Origin: Spirochaetota bacterium
Lineage (GTDB): Bacteria > Spirochaetota > UBA4802 > UBA5550
Length of the DNA stretch: 64,000 nucleotides
Reading direction: 5' to 3'
Assembly: GCA_963664815.2 (NCBI GenBank)
Contig: CAXXHB010000003.1
Location: 1,952,001-2,016,000 of the forward strand
The position numbers and the translations under genes are program-made. This document shows positions 28,690 to 39,684 of this stretch, piece after piece. The notes beneath the pieces are model-generated. The model was not told the origin of the DNA. It made no database searches and worked only from the letters and a program-made list of their open reading frames with translations. How positions within the stretch are numbered: position 1 is the first letter of the stretch; every line of letters starts with the position of its first letter.

Positions 28690-29676
28690 TTATCTGCTTA
28701 AAATTTTCATCATTGCTTCCGGATAACGTAATCCGCTTGCCGCGTCCGGAGGGAATATTTCATTTATCTCTTTCATCTCCGCTTCGGTGAATTTAATTTC
28801 AACCGACCTGACATTTTCTTCCATGTGTGATCTTTTTGTTGTTCCAGGTATAGGGACAATATTTTTACTTCGGTTTAAAACCCAGGCAAGTGCAAGCTGC
28901 CCCGGTGTTACATTTCGTTTTACTGCTAGCTTTTTTATTCTTTCAACCAGCTCAAGATTTTTACTGAAATTCTCACCCTGAAAGCGCGGAGAGTTTCTCC
29001 TGTAATCATCTTCAGAAAAGTCTTCATAATTTTTAAATTTATCTGCGAGGAAACCCCTCCCTATCGGACTGTAAGCCACAAACCCTATTCCAAGTTCCTC
29101 AACCGTCTTAAATATTTCAATCTCGGGATCACGGGTCCATAGCGAATATTCAGTCTGAAGCGCGCTCACCGGATGTATGACATTTGCCCTTCTTATGGTG
29201 TTTACTCCGGCCTCCGACATCCCTATATATCTGATTTTGCCCTCTTTGACAAGCTCACTCATTGTTCCGATCGTATCCTCTATCGGCACTTCGGGATCAA
29301 CCCTGTGCTGATAATAAAGATCTATACAGTCAATTCCAAGCCTTTTTAACGACCCCTCGCAGGACTTTCTTATATATTCAGGCTTGCTGTTTAATCCCCG
29401 TACATTCGGATCGCTAGTACGCACAATGCCGAACTTTGTAGCAATTATCAGCTTGTCTCTTATCCCCTTAATTGCCTTACAAAGAAGCTCTTCATTTTTA
29501 TAAGGCCCATACATGTCGGATGTATCGAGAAAATTTATTCCAAGTTCAACAGCACGGTGAATTGTGGCAATAGATTCACTCTCGTCAGCATGACCGTAAA
29601 AATCGCTCATACCCATACAGCCAAGACCCAGAGCAGATACCTCCAGCCCCTGTTTTCCAAGTTTTCTTTTTTCCAT
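28690..29676 (-). CDS. Aldo/keto reductase
   Basis: [45 protein letters not shown]. Confidence 0.96.
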   Translation of the reverse strand: MEKRKLGKQGLEVSALGLGCMGMSDFYGHADESESIATIHRAVELGINFLDTSDMYGPYKNEELLCKAIKGIRDKLIIATKFGIVRTSDPNVRGLNSKPEYIRKSCEGSLKRLGIDCIDLYYQHRVDPEVPIEDTIGTMSELVKEGKIRYIGMSEAGVNTIRRANVIHPVSALQTEYSLWTRDPEIEIFKTVEELGIGFVAYSPIGRGFLADKFKNYEDFSEDDYRRNSPRFQGENFSKNLELVERIKKLAVKRNVTPGQLALAWVLNRSKNIVPIPGTTKRSHMEENVRSVEIKFTEAEMKEINEIFPPDAASGLRYPEAMMKILSR

Positions 29677-29979
29677 GGCAAACCTCCCCTAACTGTTATA
29701 ATATTTATTACATTTAACTATATCTGTTTTTTTGTCAGTAAATATTTTTAAAATTTAAAATGTTATGTCTTAAAGCTATAATAAAAGCTATGATATATAA
29801 CTGTTTTTATTATTCAAAATATATATTAATATACAAAATATTTTCAGCATATCAATGGTCTTTAAAATAGAAATTGTCTGCTTTACTTTAAATGTCTTTC
29901 TGGTGTTGTAATTTTATTGACATTAAATATACATATTATTCTAAAGCATAAGAGAATCTAAGGAGAGTATTTTGTTATT

Positions 29980-30831
29980 ATGCGGAATTTTATCTTTTTA
30001 ATAATGTTATTATTTCTTGCATGTACAAGAAATTACGATGAATCACTTAAAATACTTGTTACTAAAAATGAATCGTCAACCCAGGAGGAGTTATGGACAA
30101 TGGACTTTGATGGGAAAAATGAGAAACAGTTAACATCCTTTGCACTGGAGAACAGGTGTACCCAGGGATCATGGTCTCAGAATGGTAAAACTATTGTTTA
30201 CCTTCAGTACGATTCTGTTAATTTTTCAAAATTAATGATAATGGATTCAAACGGAAATAATAAAAAGCTGATTGCAACAGATTCAACAGGTTTTCAGACA
30301 CCTTCATTTTTCAGTGATAATAAAAGAATAGCTGTTTCCGTTCAATCAATCACTGCTCCATACTTTTTTTATATAATAGATACTGATACAGGAACTAAAA
30401 CAACCTTATCTACTAATGAATTTCAGGTAAACCGTATGTCAGTTTCTTCAGACGGAACAATTATGATGAGTGAACCAAGTTCAGACGGAGGATATCAATT
30501 GTGGAATGAAAAAACCGGATTAAGTTCACTTGTAGTCCCTGCAGGACTATTAACATTCAGCCACTTTTCATGGAATTCTGACGGTAAGTTATTAGCTTTG
30601 TTTGACAGTACGCTCGGTTTATTGATTTACAATCCGTCAACTCAAACCACTTCAACAGTATTATCAACAGTAATAATTGATACAATAGTGAGCTGGGACC
30701 CATCCAGTGAATACATCTTTTTTTCATCTGCATCAGGTATTCAGAAAATTAAACCTGATGGAACAAATATTCAGACAGTGAATTCCAATCCATTATATAC
30801 ACAGCCTCAGATACAGTTTAAGACAATGTAA
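29980..30831 (+). CDS. TolB-like beta-propeller lipoprotein
   Basis: Lipobox FLAC; WS-NG-IVY and MD-DG-N repeats. Confidence 0.8.
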   Translation: MRNFIFLIMLLFLACTRNYDESLKILVTKNESSTQEELWTMDFDGKNEKQLTSFALENRCTQGSWSQNGKTIVYLQYDSVNFSKLMIMDSNGNNKKLIATDSTGFQTPSFFSDNKRIAVSVQSITAPYFFYIIDTDTGTKTTLSTNEFQVNRMSVSSDGTIMMSEPSSDGGYQLWNEKTGLSSLVVPAGLLTFSHFSWNSDGKLLALFDSTLGLLIYNPSTQTTSTVLSTVIIDTIVSWDPSSEYIFFSSASGIQKIKPDGTNIQTVNSNPLYTQPQIQFKTM

Positions 30832-31037
30832 ACTGATAATCATCGGAATACATTGTCTCATTCTCAGGGAGATTAAAAATCATATGAATATGCCTTGTTA
30901 TTCATTATAGATTTTATATGAACAGATTAAATATATTTATACATTTCATTTTTTTTAAAAACAGAAAATTTTTTATCTAAAATATTGTTGACACAAAGAG
31001 TGTTAATTTGTTATTACCCTTCTTGTCTTTGAAATAT

Positions 31038-31110
31038 TCCTCTGTAGCTCAGTCGGTAGAGCAGTTGGCTGTTAACCAATTGGTCGCAGGTTCGAGTCCT
31101 GCCGGGGGAG
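31038..31110 (+). tRNA. tRNA-Asn(GTT)
   Basis: TCCTCTG/CGGGGGA acceptor stem, CTGTTAA anticodon loop, GGTTCGAGTCC T-arm; CCA not encoded. Confidence 0.96.
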
Positions 31111-31126
31111 CATCATTTAATTTAAT

Positions 31127-31157
31127 AAAAAAGCACCTGTTAAAAAGGTGCTTTTTT
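31127..31157 (+). terminator. Rho-independent terminator after tRNA-Asn
   Basis: AAAAAAGCACCT / AGGTGCTTTTTT. Confidence 0.8.
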
Positions 31158-31278
31158 AATTTATTCTTTGCACTGATGAATTCCGAATTATATCAATCCA
31201 TTATACTTTAAGAGATAACTTGATACCAGATTCAAGTTTTTATGTATTTCTGCCGATATATAATTAAGGTGGATAAAT

Positions 31279-31545
31279 ATGCTTTATGAACTCGGAATTA
31301 CCAAGCTTTCAAAATACCATTTCTATAAAAACGAAATAAAAAATCTCAACAAGTATAAAAACGAAATACTCAGTAAATTCGGCAGCCTGGAAAACCTCCC
31401 GATACAGGTGCATTACTGCTATGAAAGGGAAAAATCAAGAGTTGAAAGATATGCGAAAGAAAATTGTATTCACGATATTTCTGAAGAAATACTATCTGCA
31501 AACAATACCGAGTACACTATACAGAATCAATCTGTTAAAGAATAA
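31279..31545 (+). CDS. Hypothetical protein
   Basis: RBS AAGGTGG before ATG; fills gap between tRNA and proB. Confidence 0.55.
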   Translation: MLYELGITKLSKYHFYKNEIKNLNKYKNEILSKFGSLENLPIQVHYCYEREKSRVERYAKENCIHDISEEILSANNTEYTIQNQSVKE

Positions 31546-32644
31546 TAAGATCGTCCCTGTTTATTACCTCTTCAAAAAAATGCCCATGAAGCAGATTTTT
31601 GATCTCTGACGTCTTCTTCCCTTTTATTAAAAAAAGTTCATCCGAACTGTAATTTACAATTCCCTTTGCAATGATATTATTCCCTATGTCAGTTATTTCT
31701 ATAATATCACCCATGTCAAATTTGCCATTAATTTTTATTACACCAGTAGCAAGGAGAGATTTTTTATTGCTGACAATCGCTTTTACTGCGCCATCATCAA
31801 TTGTTACTGAACCTCTTGCTTTTCTCATACTTATCCATTTTTTTCGCCCGCTTATCTTCGTTTCTTCACCTGCAAAGAGAGTTCCTTTTTGTTCTCCGGA
31901 CATTATTTTTGAAAGTATATCCTTTTCCTTACCATCGGCTATTATCATCATTCCGCCGAAACGCATTATCATCTCTGCTGCGTTGATTTTAGTAATCATA
32001 CCTCCGGTGCCATGCTCTGAACCGGTACCACCGGATTTTTTACGTATATCGTCAGTTATTTTAAATATCTCATAAACAGGTTCAGGATCACCCATGTTAT
32101 CGTAGAAACCGTCTATATCGCTTAGAAGTATAAGAAGATCCGCCTCTATGAGGTTGAAAACATGAGCAGAAAGAGTGTCGTTATCGCCAAATTTTATTTC
32201 AGACACGGTTACAGTGTCATTTTCATTTATTACAGGAATTACTCCCATTTCAAAGAGAGCATACATGGCATTTCTTGCATTCAGGAAACGTTTTCTGTTT
32301 CTCATGTCGTCTTCAGTTAGGAGGATCTGTCCTATATTATAGCCGAGTTTATCAAAAGACTTTCTGTATTCGTTCATCAGAACAGCCTGACCAACCGCTG
32401 CGAATGCCTGCTTTTCAGGCATGGAGAGATTTTTTCTGTTTTGCTTCAAAACTCCGGCTCCGGATGACACAGCACCTGATGTGACTATAGCCACCTCGTA
32501 GCCCATCTTTTTTAGTCCGGCAATGTTTGATACAAAACGTGATATTTTCTGAGAAGATATTGCATCGGATTCAGTAAGAGAGGATGATCCTATTTTTACA
32601 ACAATCCTTTTAACATTACGTAAATATTCATTCCTTCTCATCAT
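31535..32644 (-). CDS. proB: Glutamate 5-kinase with PUA domain
   Basis: VVKIGSSSL, VINENDTV, FGDNDTLSA, GTGGMITK. Confidence 0.97.
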   Translation of the reverse strand: MMRRNEYLRNVKRIVVKIGSSSLTESDAISSQKISRFVSNIAGLKKMGYEVAIVTSGAVSSGAGVLKQNRKNLSMPEKQAFAAVGQAVLMNEYRKSFDKLGYNIGQILLTEDDMRNRKRFLNARNAMYALFEMGVIPVINENDTVTVSEIKFGDNDTLSAHVFNLIEADLLILLSDIDGFYDNMGDPEPVYEIFKITDDIRKKSGGTGSEHGTGGMITKINAAEMIMRFGGMMIIADGKEKDILSKIMSGEQKGTLFAGEETKISGRKKWISMRKARGSVTIDDGAVKAIVSNKKSLLATGVIKINGKFDMGDIIEITDIGNNIIAKGIVNYSSDELFLIKGKKTSEIKNLLHGHFFEEVINRDDLIIL

Positions 32645-33636
32645 TCCTTTTCATCACTCCTCTCCATCAGTTTTCTGATTTCTGAATATAGAAGTTTAAG
32701 TTTGTCATCCAGCAATACTGAAATTGGAATCACATCTCCACCAAGTTCTTTAATTCTTGATGAAAGCTCATCTTCAGTAATCAGATCAATTTTTGAAAGA
32801 ATAATTTTACTTCTTTTATTAAGAAGTTCAGGATTATATGTCTTCAGTTCGCTTTTCAGAAGTTCAAGGCTGTATTTCAGGTTATCTTCCGATGAATCGA
32901 GTATATACAATATACATTTAACCCTTTCAATATGCTGAAGGAAAGATAAACCAAGTCCGTGCCCCATATGGGCACCCTCTATAATTCCAGGTATATCTGC
33001 AATCTTGTAAACGATGCTGTCATTATACTCAACAACTCCAAGGTTTGGCGTAAGCGTCGTAAAGGGATAATCTCCGATTTTCGGATTGGCATTTGTTATC
33101 GCCCCCAGAAGCGTCGATTTACCCGCATTTGGAAGTCCTACAAGCCCGATATCAGCAATCAGTTTCAGGTTGAGATTTACTGAAAACTCCTCCCCCGGCA
33201 TTCCAGGCTGAGCAAATCTAGGAGTCTGATGTGTGGCAGTTTTGAAGAATGCGTTCCCACGGCCACCGGAACCTCCTGAAGCAACTTTAAATGGCATACC
33301 CTCATCTATAAGGTCTGCCATTATTTCATTGGTTTCTATATTCATAACAACTGTTCCGGGGGGTACTTTAATCACAAGATCCTCTCCATCTTTTCCATGC
33401 ATATTCTGTCCGGATCCATGGCCGCCGTTTTCAGCCTTATATATCCGGTCAGAGAAGAAATGCGAAAGGTTGTAATACCTTCTGTCTGCCTCAATATACA
33501 CATCTCCCCCTTTACCGCCGTCGCCGCCGTCGGGTCCACCATAGGGAATATACTTCTCTTTTCTGAAAGCAACCGATCCGGGCCCTCCATTACCCGCTTT
33601 TATATGTATTGAAATAATATCTGTAAATTTTGCCAC
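32641..33636 (-). CDS. obgE: GTPase ObgE
   Basis: GGPDGGDGGKGG, GLPNAGKST, YPFTTL, DIPG. Confidence 0.97.
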   Translation of the reverse strand: MAKFTDIISIHIKAGNGGPGSVAFRKEKYIPYGGPDGGDGGKGGDVYIEADRRYYNLSHFFSDRIYKAENGGHGSGQNMHGKDGEDLVIKVPPGTVVMNIETNEIMADLIDEGMPFKVASGGSGGRGNAFFKTATHQTPRFAQPGMPGEEFSVNLNLKLIADIGLVGLPNAGKSTLLGAITNANPKIGDYPFTTLTPNLGVVEYNDSIVYKIADIPGIIEGAHMGHGLGLSFLQHIERVKCILYILDSSEDNLKYSLELLKSELKTYNPELLNKRSKIILSKIDLITEDELSSRIKELGGDVIPISVLLDDKLKLLYSEIRKLMERSDEKE

Positions 33637-33652
33637 TTAAATATCTCCGTAT

Positions 33653-33686
33653 AAAAAACAAAATCGCGTATGTAACCATACGCGAT
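33653..33686 (-). terminator. Terminator after rpmA
   Basis: ATCGCGTATG/CATACGCGAT stem with minus-strand U-tract. Confidence 0.7.
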
Positions 33687-33720
33687 AATTATTTAATTTT
33701 ATTTTATTTCAAAGAAAAAA

Positions 33721-33978
33721 TCAGGCTGCCGGATATACGGACACCTTTTTTCTTTTTTTATCATATCTTTCAAAAGTAACAAATCCGTCAACAGTCGCAA
33801 AAAGTGTATCATCGCCGCCCTTACCAACATTAGTTCCGGGATGAATTTTTGTTCCCCTCTGTCTTACTATAATACTCCCCCCTTTCACAAACTCACCACC
33901 GAATTTTTTGACTCCAAGTCTTTGTGAGTTTGAATCTCTTCCATTTCTGGTGGAACCACCACCCTTCTTATGTGCCAT
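33721..33978 (-). CDS. rpmA: 50S ribosomal protein L27
   Basis: [24 protein letters not shown]. Confidence 0.98.
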   Translation of the reverse strand: MAHKKGGGSTRNGRDSNSQRLGVKKFGGEFVKGGSIIVRQRGTKIHPGTNVGKGGDDTLFATVDGFVTFERYDKKRKKVSVYPAA

Positions 33979-33989
33979 AATATAGCTCC

Positions 33990-34349
33990 TTAATCATTGA
34001 CAAATTCAATTTTTATTCTGTCGGGATATTCACCTTTAATTTCCGAAAAGCCTATTACAAGTGACTCTATCAACAGTTTCAGCTTTGCTCTATCTTCAGC
34101 AGAAACATTATCTAAAGTTATAAGAGTACTTAAGAAACCGTCGCTCCTGCCTATATGCTGTTTAATCCTTAAAGCCCTGTCAACAGTAAGTATAAAAGTC
34201 TGCGACAATGCAGAAACAGCCGAACAGAGAATATCATTTCCCTTTTTATTTAAACCTGAATGTCCGGATATTTCAATATATATAATACTAATTTCATTTA
34301 TATCAATACAATCGTTAAAAATAATATTTTTAAAGATTATATTAATCAA
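33990..34349 (-). CDS. prp: Ribosomal-processing cysteine protease Prp-like
   Basis: ISGHSG...[12 protein letters not shown]; located between rplU and rpmA. Confidence 0.88.
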   Translation of the reverse strand: MINIIFKNIIFNDCIDINEISIIYIEISGHSGLNKKGNDILCSAVSALSQTFILTVDRALRIKQHIGRSDGFLSTLITLDNVSAEDRAKLKLLIESLVIGFSEIKGEYPDRIKIEFVND

Positions 34350-34351
34350 AT

Positions 34352-34663
34352 TCAGCTGACTGTTACATCGCTTATTTTTAATTGCGAATACACTGCTCTG
34401 TGGCCAATTGTTCTTGTGTAGTTCTTTCTTTTCTTAAATTTTATGCCTGAAACCTTGTTACCCTTTATTTCACCAATTATTTCAGCTTTAATCTGCACAT
34501 TGTTTAAATAAGGTTTGCCGATCCTTACATCATCATTATTGGAATATAGTAATACTTTATCCAGAATTATATTGCTTTCAGCTTTTTTCAGTCTATCTAC
34601 ATTAACAATGGCGTCTTTCTCAATTTTATACTGCTTCCCTGCTATTTCGACTATCGCGTACAT
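34352..34663 (-). CDS. rplU: 50S ribosomal protein L21
   Basis: MYAIVEIAGKQYKI...KFKKRKNY...GHR. Confidence 0.97.
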   Translation of the reverse strand: MYAIVEIAGKQYKIEKDAIVNVDRLKKAESNIILDKVLLYSNNDDVRIGKPYLNNVQIKAEIIGEIKGNKVSGIKFKKRKNYTRTIGHRAVYSQLKISDVTVS

Positions 34664-34721
34664 TTCTTTATCCTTTATTAGACTTGATAATGAGTTTAAA
34701 AAGATTCAAACCTTTTTAATC

Positions 34722-34795
34722 TGGGCCCACAAGGAATCGAACCTTGCACCTACTGATTATGAGTCAGCCGCTCTAACCTACTGAGCTATGGGCCC
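34722..34795 (-). tRNA. tRNA with CAT anticodon, probably tRNA-Ile2 (lysidine type)
   Basis: GGGCCCATAGCTCAG...GACTCATAATC...GGTTCGATTCC...TGGGCCCA on minus strand. Confidence 0.9.
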
Positions 34796-34878
34796 GCTAT
34801 TGCTTTTGCCATATATCTCTATCACTTTTTTTATGTCAAGAAAATATTGCAAAAAACCATTATGTGACATAAAAAAAC

Positions 34879-35436
34879 TTACTTCGTGATAAATTCAGTG
34901 TTATATGGATTATTGTCCCCTGACAATATCTTTTTATTTATCTCCTCCGCATCAGTGTAAGCTTCAATTATACCCACAAAATGTATTATTATCGAAATAA
35001 AAAGGAGAAAACATGTAAGGAGCAGATAGTTTTTATATTCTACACTTCCAGTCTCGGCAAGTGTGGTTTTAACCATAAAATAACCTGCAGCTGTATAACC
35101 TGCCCCAGCTGCAATACAGAACCCTACACCCTTCGCATCTCTGTTAAGATAAAAATGACCTCCACCAGGCACTATTACAGACAATAAACAGACTAACCTG
35201 GGATTTATCAGTTCTTTCTCATTTTTTACATCACCGGCTTTTACAGCCGGTTTTTCCTTCTCTTTTCCGGCAGGAATTTTATTATCCGGTTTTTCAATGT
35301 CGCTGTTCTTTTTAACAGAACTATTTGTCTGTTTGTCAGGTTTGATTTCCCCCAGAGTTATTGCTGATGCAGCGGGCATAAAATAAATACTCATCAAAAA
35401 AATAACACACGTAATGATTGAAATAAGTTTTTTCAT
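34879..35436 (-). CDS. Hypothetical membrane protein
   Basis: Signal peptide; LLSVIVPGGGHFY motif; two TM segments. Confidence 0.75.
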   Translation of the reverse strand: MKKLISIITCVIFLMSIYFMPAASAITLGEIKPDKQTNSSVKKNSDIEKPDNKIPAGKEKEKPAVKAGDVKNEKELINPRLVCLLSVIVPGGGHFYLNRDAKGVGFCIAAGAGYTAAGYFMVKTTLAETGSVEYKNYLLLTCFLLFISIIIHFVGIIEAYTDAEEINKKILSGDNNPYNTEFITK

Positions 35437-35461
35437 CTGACGTCCTGTTTAAAAAATATAA

Positions 35462-36520
35462 CTAGAGAAATGATACTCTGTTTCTTCCCTCATTTTTTGA
35501 ATTATACAGAGCCCTGTCAGCGCGTTCAATAAACTTCTGTTTTGTTGTATCCATTGCAGGATCGAACTGTGCAACACCTACAGATATTGTTACGTTCAGT
35601 ACGTTCTCATTAAACCTTAGCGACGAAGATTCAATTGCTGACCTTATCCTCTCTGCAACTATTATGGCCTCATTTATATCTGTTTTAGGGAGAATAACTG
35701 CAAACTCCTCACCACCGTACCTCGCACCTATATCAATCAATCGTATATTTTCTTTGAAAACCGAGGCAACATTCATTAATACTTCATCACCGGCTACATG
35801 TCCGTAATGATCGTTAAATTTCTTAAAATTGTCAATATCCGCCATAATCAGAGAAAGCGGCCGTTCGTACTTCATTGACCTGTTTAACTCCTCTACAAGA
35901 ATCGTCTGAAAATAGTGATGTATTTTCAGCTTTGTCATCATGTCAGTTGTAGCCATTTCATAAAGCCTTGCATTATTTATGGCAATTCCCGCTAGTGAAG
36001 CTATGTTGAGAATGTATTCAATTTCAGATTCTGTAAACGATTCGTCGTTTATCCTGTCGCCAAGTATAATGATACCATTTATCTCCCCTTTACTCATAAG
36101 AGGCACAAGAATATCAGGCTTAAGAATTTTTATTACAGAAACAGAATCTTCGTCTACGTCATTTATTATCTCATCATAACTGTAGCACCTGTAGTCATTT
36201 TCAATGTATCTTACCAGAGATGAGTTTACAGGAAAGGAATATTCGACCGAATGATCAAGATCAAAACCTTTATAGTTTCTGTGAAGTGTGAATTTTTCAC
36301 CGCCCAACACCTTGACAAGAAAAATTCCGGCATTTAAAAGCTGAAGCTGCCCCATGCATGTCAGTAATATAGAATCAATGAGAATATTATAATCAAGGGT
36401 TGAATTAAGTCCCTTACTTATTTCAATAAGCTGCCTAAGGTCATATATTTTTTTTTCATACTGATCAATAAGCGGGGGAAATTTAATATCACCATCAAAT
36501 TTATCATAAGAATCCATCAT
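35462..36520 (-). CDS. GAF + GGDEF diguanylate cyclase (DgcA-like)
   Basis: DIDNFKKFNDHYGHVAGD, RYGGEEF, RLID I-site, ADRALY. Confidence 0.93.
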   Translation of the reverse strand: MMDSYDKFDGDIKFPPLIDQYEKKIYDLRQLIEISKGLNSTLDYNILIDSILLTCMGQLQLLNAGIFLVKVLGGEKFTLHRNYKGFDLDHSVEYSFPVNSSLVRYIENDYRCYSYDEIINDVDEDSVSVIKILKPDILVPLMSKGEINGIIILGDRINDESFTESEIEYILNIASLAGIAINNARLYEMATTDMMTKLKIHHYFQTILVEELNRSMKYERPLSLIMADIDNFKKFNDHYGHVAGDEVLMNVASVFKENIRLIDIGARYGGEEFAVILPKTDINEAIIVAERIRSAIESSSLRFNENVLNVTISVGVAQFDPAMDTTKQKFIERADRALYNSKNEGRNRVSFL

Positions 36521-36724
36521 AATCCTCTCATAAAATTATTGATTAAGCAGATAAAAAACAATAAAAAACTATATTAAACTGCTTCGCTTATATATATAGT
36601 AAATCAATAATAAATCACTTGTAAACAGCCCATATAAAATGATTCAATAATAACCCATGAACTTTTATAATATATTACTCTCTTTTCAACTATCCGTCAA
36701 ATATGACAGAGAAAACAATATTTT

Positions 36725-37345
36725 TTAAATTTTAACATTACTATTTAACTTTGAGAAGTTTTCAATAATTTTCAAACCAGATTTGTGACTTTTTTCAGGA
36801 TGAAACTGGGATGCTACCATGTTTTTTTTACCGACAACACATGTGAAAACAGAACCATATTCAGATGTTCCTATGACCCAGCTGGAATCCTCAACTACCG
36901 GATAATAAGAATGAATAAAGTAAAAGTAGCTTAAATCCTCAACCCCATTAAAAAATGCCGAATCTTTATGAAGCTTTAACTGGTTCCACCCCATATGAGG
37001 AATTTTAAGGCTATCCTCTTTGAATTTTACGACTTTACCGGGAATAATATCAAGACCCGATGTATATGAAAACTCCTCACTTCCGGAAAAAAGAAGCTGA
37101 TAGCCGAGACATATACCCATAAAATAACCATCATTTTTAATGAAGTTTTTAAGCGGGTTAATCCAGTTATTCTTATAGAGATTCTCCATCGCCTGTGGAA
37201 ATGCACCGTCACCCGGGAGTACAACTCCCGTGGATTCATATATTGTATCGGGATTGCTGCTAACTACAACTTTTTCTGTATAAAGTTCAAAGGCTTTAGT
37301 GACAGAACGTAAATTACCCATCCCGTAATCAATAACTGTTATCAT
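36725..37345 (-). CDS. hisH: Imidazole glycerol phosphate synthase glutaminase subunit
   Basis: DYGMGNLRSV, GICLGYQ, PHMGWN, QFHPEKS. Confidence 0.97.
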   Translation of the reverse strand: MITVIDYGMGNLRSVTKAFELYTEKVVVSSNPDTIYESTGVVLPGDGAFPQAMENLYKNNWINPLKNFIKNDGYFMGICLGYQLLFSGSEEFSYTSGLDIIPGKVVKFKEDSLKIPHMGWNQLKLHKDSAFFNGVEDLSYFYFIHSYYPVVEDSSWVIGTSEYGSVFTCVVGKKNMVASQFHPEKSHKSGLKIIENFSKLNSNVKI

Positions 37346-37935
37346 CAGATAATCCCTTTTGTCGAAGGAACCGCTCCTTTAAGGTTTTCATCTATCATGA
37401 ACCCGTTATATAAAGCAAGCCCTACAGCCTTGAAGATAGATTCATGAATATGATGCCTGTTGTCACCATATTTCTGCACGATGTGAAGGTTAATCTCCGC
37501 GTTCTCTGCAAACGAACGAAAGAATTCCAGAGTCAGTTCTTCACTATATTCTTTTATATTACCTTTCAGATCAACACCGGAATATTTGAAAAAAGGTCTG
37601 CCGGAAAGATCAACTGCAGCAAGCGTAAGAGCATCATCCATCGGAATAATAACATGACCGAATCTCTTTATTCCCGACTTGCTGCCCATTGACTCTTTAA
37701 ATGCTTTTCCCAGACATATCCCTGTATCTTCAACAGTATGATGGTCATCAACATGAGTATCGCCTGTACATTTTATTTTCGCAAAAAAACGGCCATGCCT
37801 GGACATTGAATTCAGCATATGATCAAAGAATGGAACACCGCTTTGTATATCGGAAGAAGCGGGTTTATCAAGATTGATCTCTACACTTATGTCTGTTTCA
37901 AGAGTCTTCCTTTCGATAATAGAAATTCTGTCCAT
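37345..37935 (-). CDS. hisB: Imidazoleglycerol-phosphate dehydratase
   Basis: FFDHML, DDHHTVED, PMDDAL, NRHHIHESIFKA, PSTKG. Confidence 0.97.
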   Translation of the reverse strand: MDRISIIERKTLETDISVEINLDKPASSDIQSGVPFFDHMLNSMSRHGRFFAKIKCTGDTHVDDHHTVEDTGICLGKAFKESMGSKSGIKRFGHVIIPMDDALTLAAVDLSGRPFFKYSGVDLKGNIKEYSEELTLEFFRSFAENAEINLHIVQKYGDNRHHIHESIFKAVGLALYNGFMIDENLKGAVPSTKGII

Positions 37936-38149
37936 TAGTCATGTCCTTGTTTTGGAGAAATGCGATGTATTGAGCCTGTCGAAATAACAAGTAAGAACAT
38001 TTTTTTCATAATAAATTGCATTTTTATAAATAAAATTTGCCTGACTCATGTAATTTATATAAAGCCATGCTTATCAGTCAAGCCTTAAAATGGTATATAA
38101 TGTCTGGAATTCTAAACGGAATAAATTAAAGTAACAGAATGATTATAAC

Positions 38150-39676
38150 TCAATTATCATGGGAGTATTCATTCATAAATAAGCGGTAACTGCTCTTATA
38201 GTAGGAAAGGTAATATATATATCTGCCTGATACAAGTGACAACAGATTATAATTTTTATTCAAAATCACCGGTCTCTGGTTTCCAGATCTAGGGTCTATT
38301 GAGTAAATATTATAGAAGCCTCCTGTATTCATAGAGAAAAGAAGTTCATTTTCATTTCCAGGTTTAATACGGGAGATTCTCCCGGGTGAAGTATAAATCG
38401 TTTTTAAATCTCCGGACAAGATGTTTAATTCAATTATCCTGTAATCTTTTAACCGCGATACATAATAGAGTTTATCCTTCAGCAAAACAGGGGAAAAATT
38501 ATTTCCGGAATCCATCAGTATTGTAAGTTCCCCTGTGTTTATATTTATAGTATAAATATTGCTATTGATACCGCATGTTGCTGAAAAAACAACAGTCTCG
38601 GTATTCACTGGATTTATATCTGATATATATAGATATGGCACATTTAGCTTTCTTATTGAATCGCTTTCTGTATTATATAAATGAATTACACTTCCCGATT
38701 TAACGTTTTCAACTGTTCCAATAAGATTATTATTTAGAAATAACAGTGAGGAGAAAAAGCTTCCATTTTCAGATTTTTTTAGAACAAGTACTTTTTCGTC
38801 TTCACCTCTCTTCATTAAAATCCGGTATCTGCTTTCTCTCTCCTGTAAAACAGCCGATTGCCCGTTACCGGATATTGAAACTCCAATATCACTATAATCA
38901 TCAGACCTGCATACGATATTTACATCTTTACCCTGAAGTACCGGCCCCCTCTGTTTTTCTTTATCAATATATAATTTCAAACTGTATAGAATTTTCTCAC
39001 GGGAATCACCGGTTATTGCAGATAAAGATTCTAAAAAACCGTTGTAGTAATCAGCATCTTTCAGAGACTGGATCATTATGTTTTTCCCGTAAGTGGTTAT
39101 GATGAAATTAATAACAACCGTGTAAATGTCTTTCTGTTCATTACTGTCCAGACTTTTTATTTTATTAAAATCGATTTCTGTTAATTTTGATGTATGAACA
39201 AGATCACGCAGTATAATATCAATAAAGGATTGTTCCATCTTGGGGTATTGTATAATTGCATCGATGAATGGTTCTTCAATTACCGACGTACCTTTCCCAT
39301 CATTCATCAATTTCCTCAGATTTATAAGAAATACTTTACGGTAGAGAGCTTCGGCTGTTTTATTAAAATTGCATTCAGAGATTATTTTTAATTCATTGCT
39401 GAAAATGCTTAACGGAGTATTTTCATTAGAATTTTCAGTTACAACAGAAATATTTATTTTTTCCAAAGGATCAATTTCAAGGAAAGACGAAATAATTTCA
39501 TAATCGGATTCAAGCTTAACTGCCAGGGCTGCTGAAAAACCGCTGTTAACGGGATTGTATTTAATATTAAAATGAACAGTTTCAAGCATCTTACCTGCAT
39601 AGAGAGGCATACAGGGTAATAATAAAGCAAAAATCAGCAATGCACTTTTTTTAAGATAAAAGTTCAGGTTTTCCAT
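38150..39676 (-). CDS. Hypothetical secreted protein with C-terminal beta-propeller-like region
   Basis: Signal peptide; NIYTININTGEL / NIYSIDPRSG repeats. Confidence 0.65.
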   Translation of the reverse strand: MENLNFYLKKSALLIFALLLPCMPLYAGKMLETVHFNIKYNPVNSGFSAALAVKLESDYEIISSFLEIDPLEKINISVVTENSNENTPLSIFSNELKIISECNFNKTAEALYRKVFLINLRKLMNDGKGTSVIEEPFIDAIIQYPKMEQSFIDIILRDLVHTSKLTEIDFNKIKSLDSNEQKDIYTVVINFIITTYGKNIMIQSLKDADYYNGFLESLSAITGDSREKILYSLKLYIDKEKQRGPVLQGKDVNIVCRSDDYSDIGVSISGNGQSAVLQERESRYRILMKRGEDEKVLVLKKSENGSFFSSLLFLNNNLIGTVENVKSGSVIHLYNTESDSIRKLNVPYLYISDINPVNTETVVFSATCGINSNIYTININTGELTILMDSGNNFSPVLLKDKLYYVSRLKDYRIIELNILSGDLKTIYTSPGRISRIKPGNENELLFSMNTGGFYNIYSIDPRSGNQRPVILNKNYNLLSLVSGRYIYYLSYYKSSYRLFMNEYSHDN

Positions 39677-39684
39677 TTATAAAT

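Noticed and set aside
31038-31110. tRNA-Asn as integration site for the recombinase region
   Set aside because: No duplicated tRNA 3' end seen in the window
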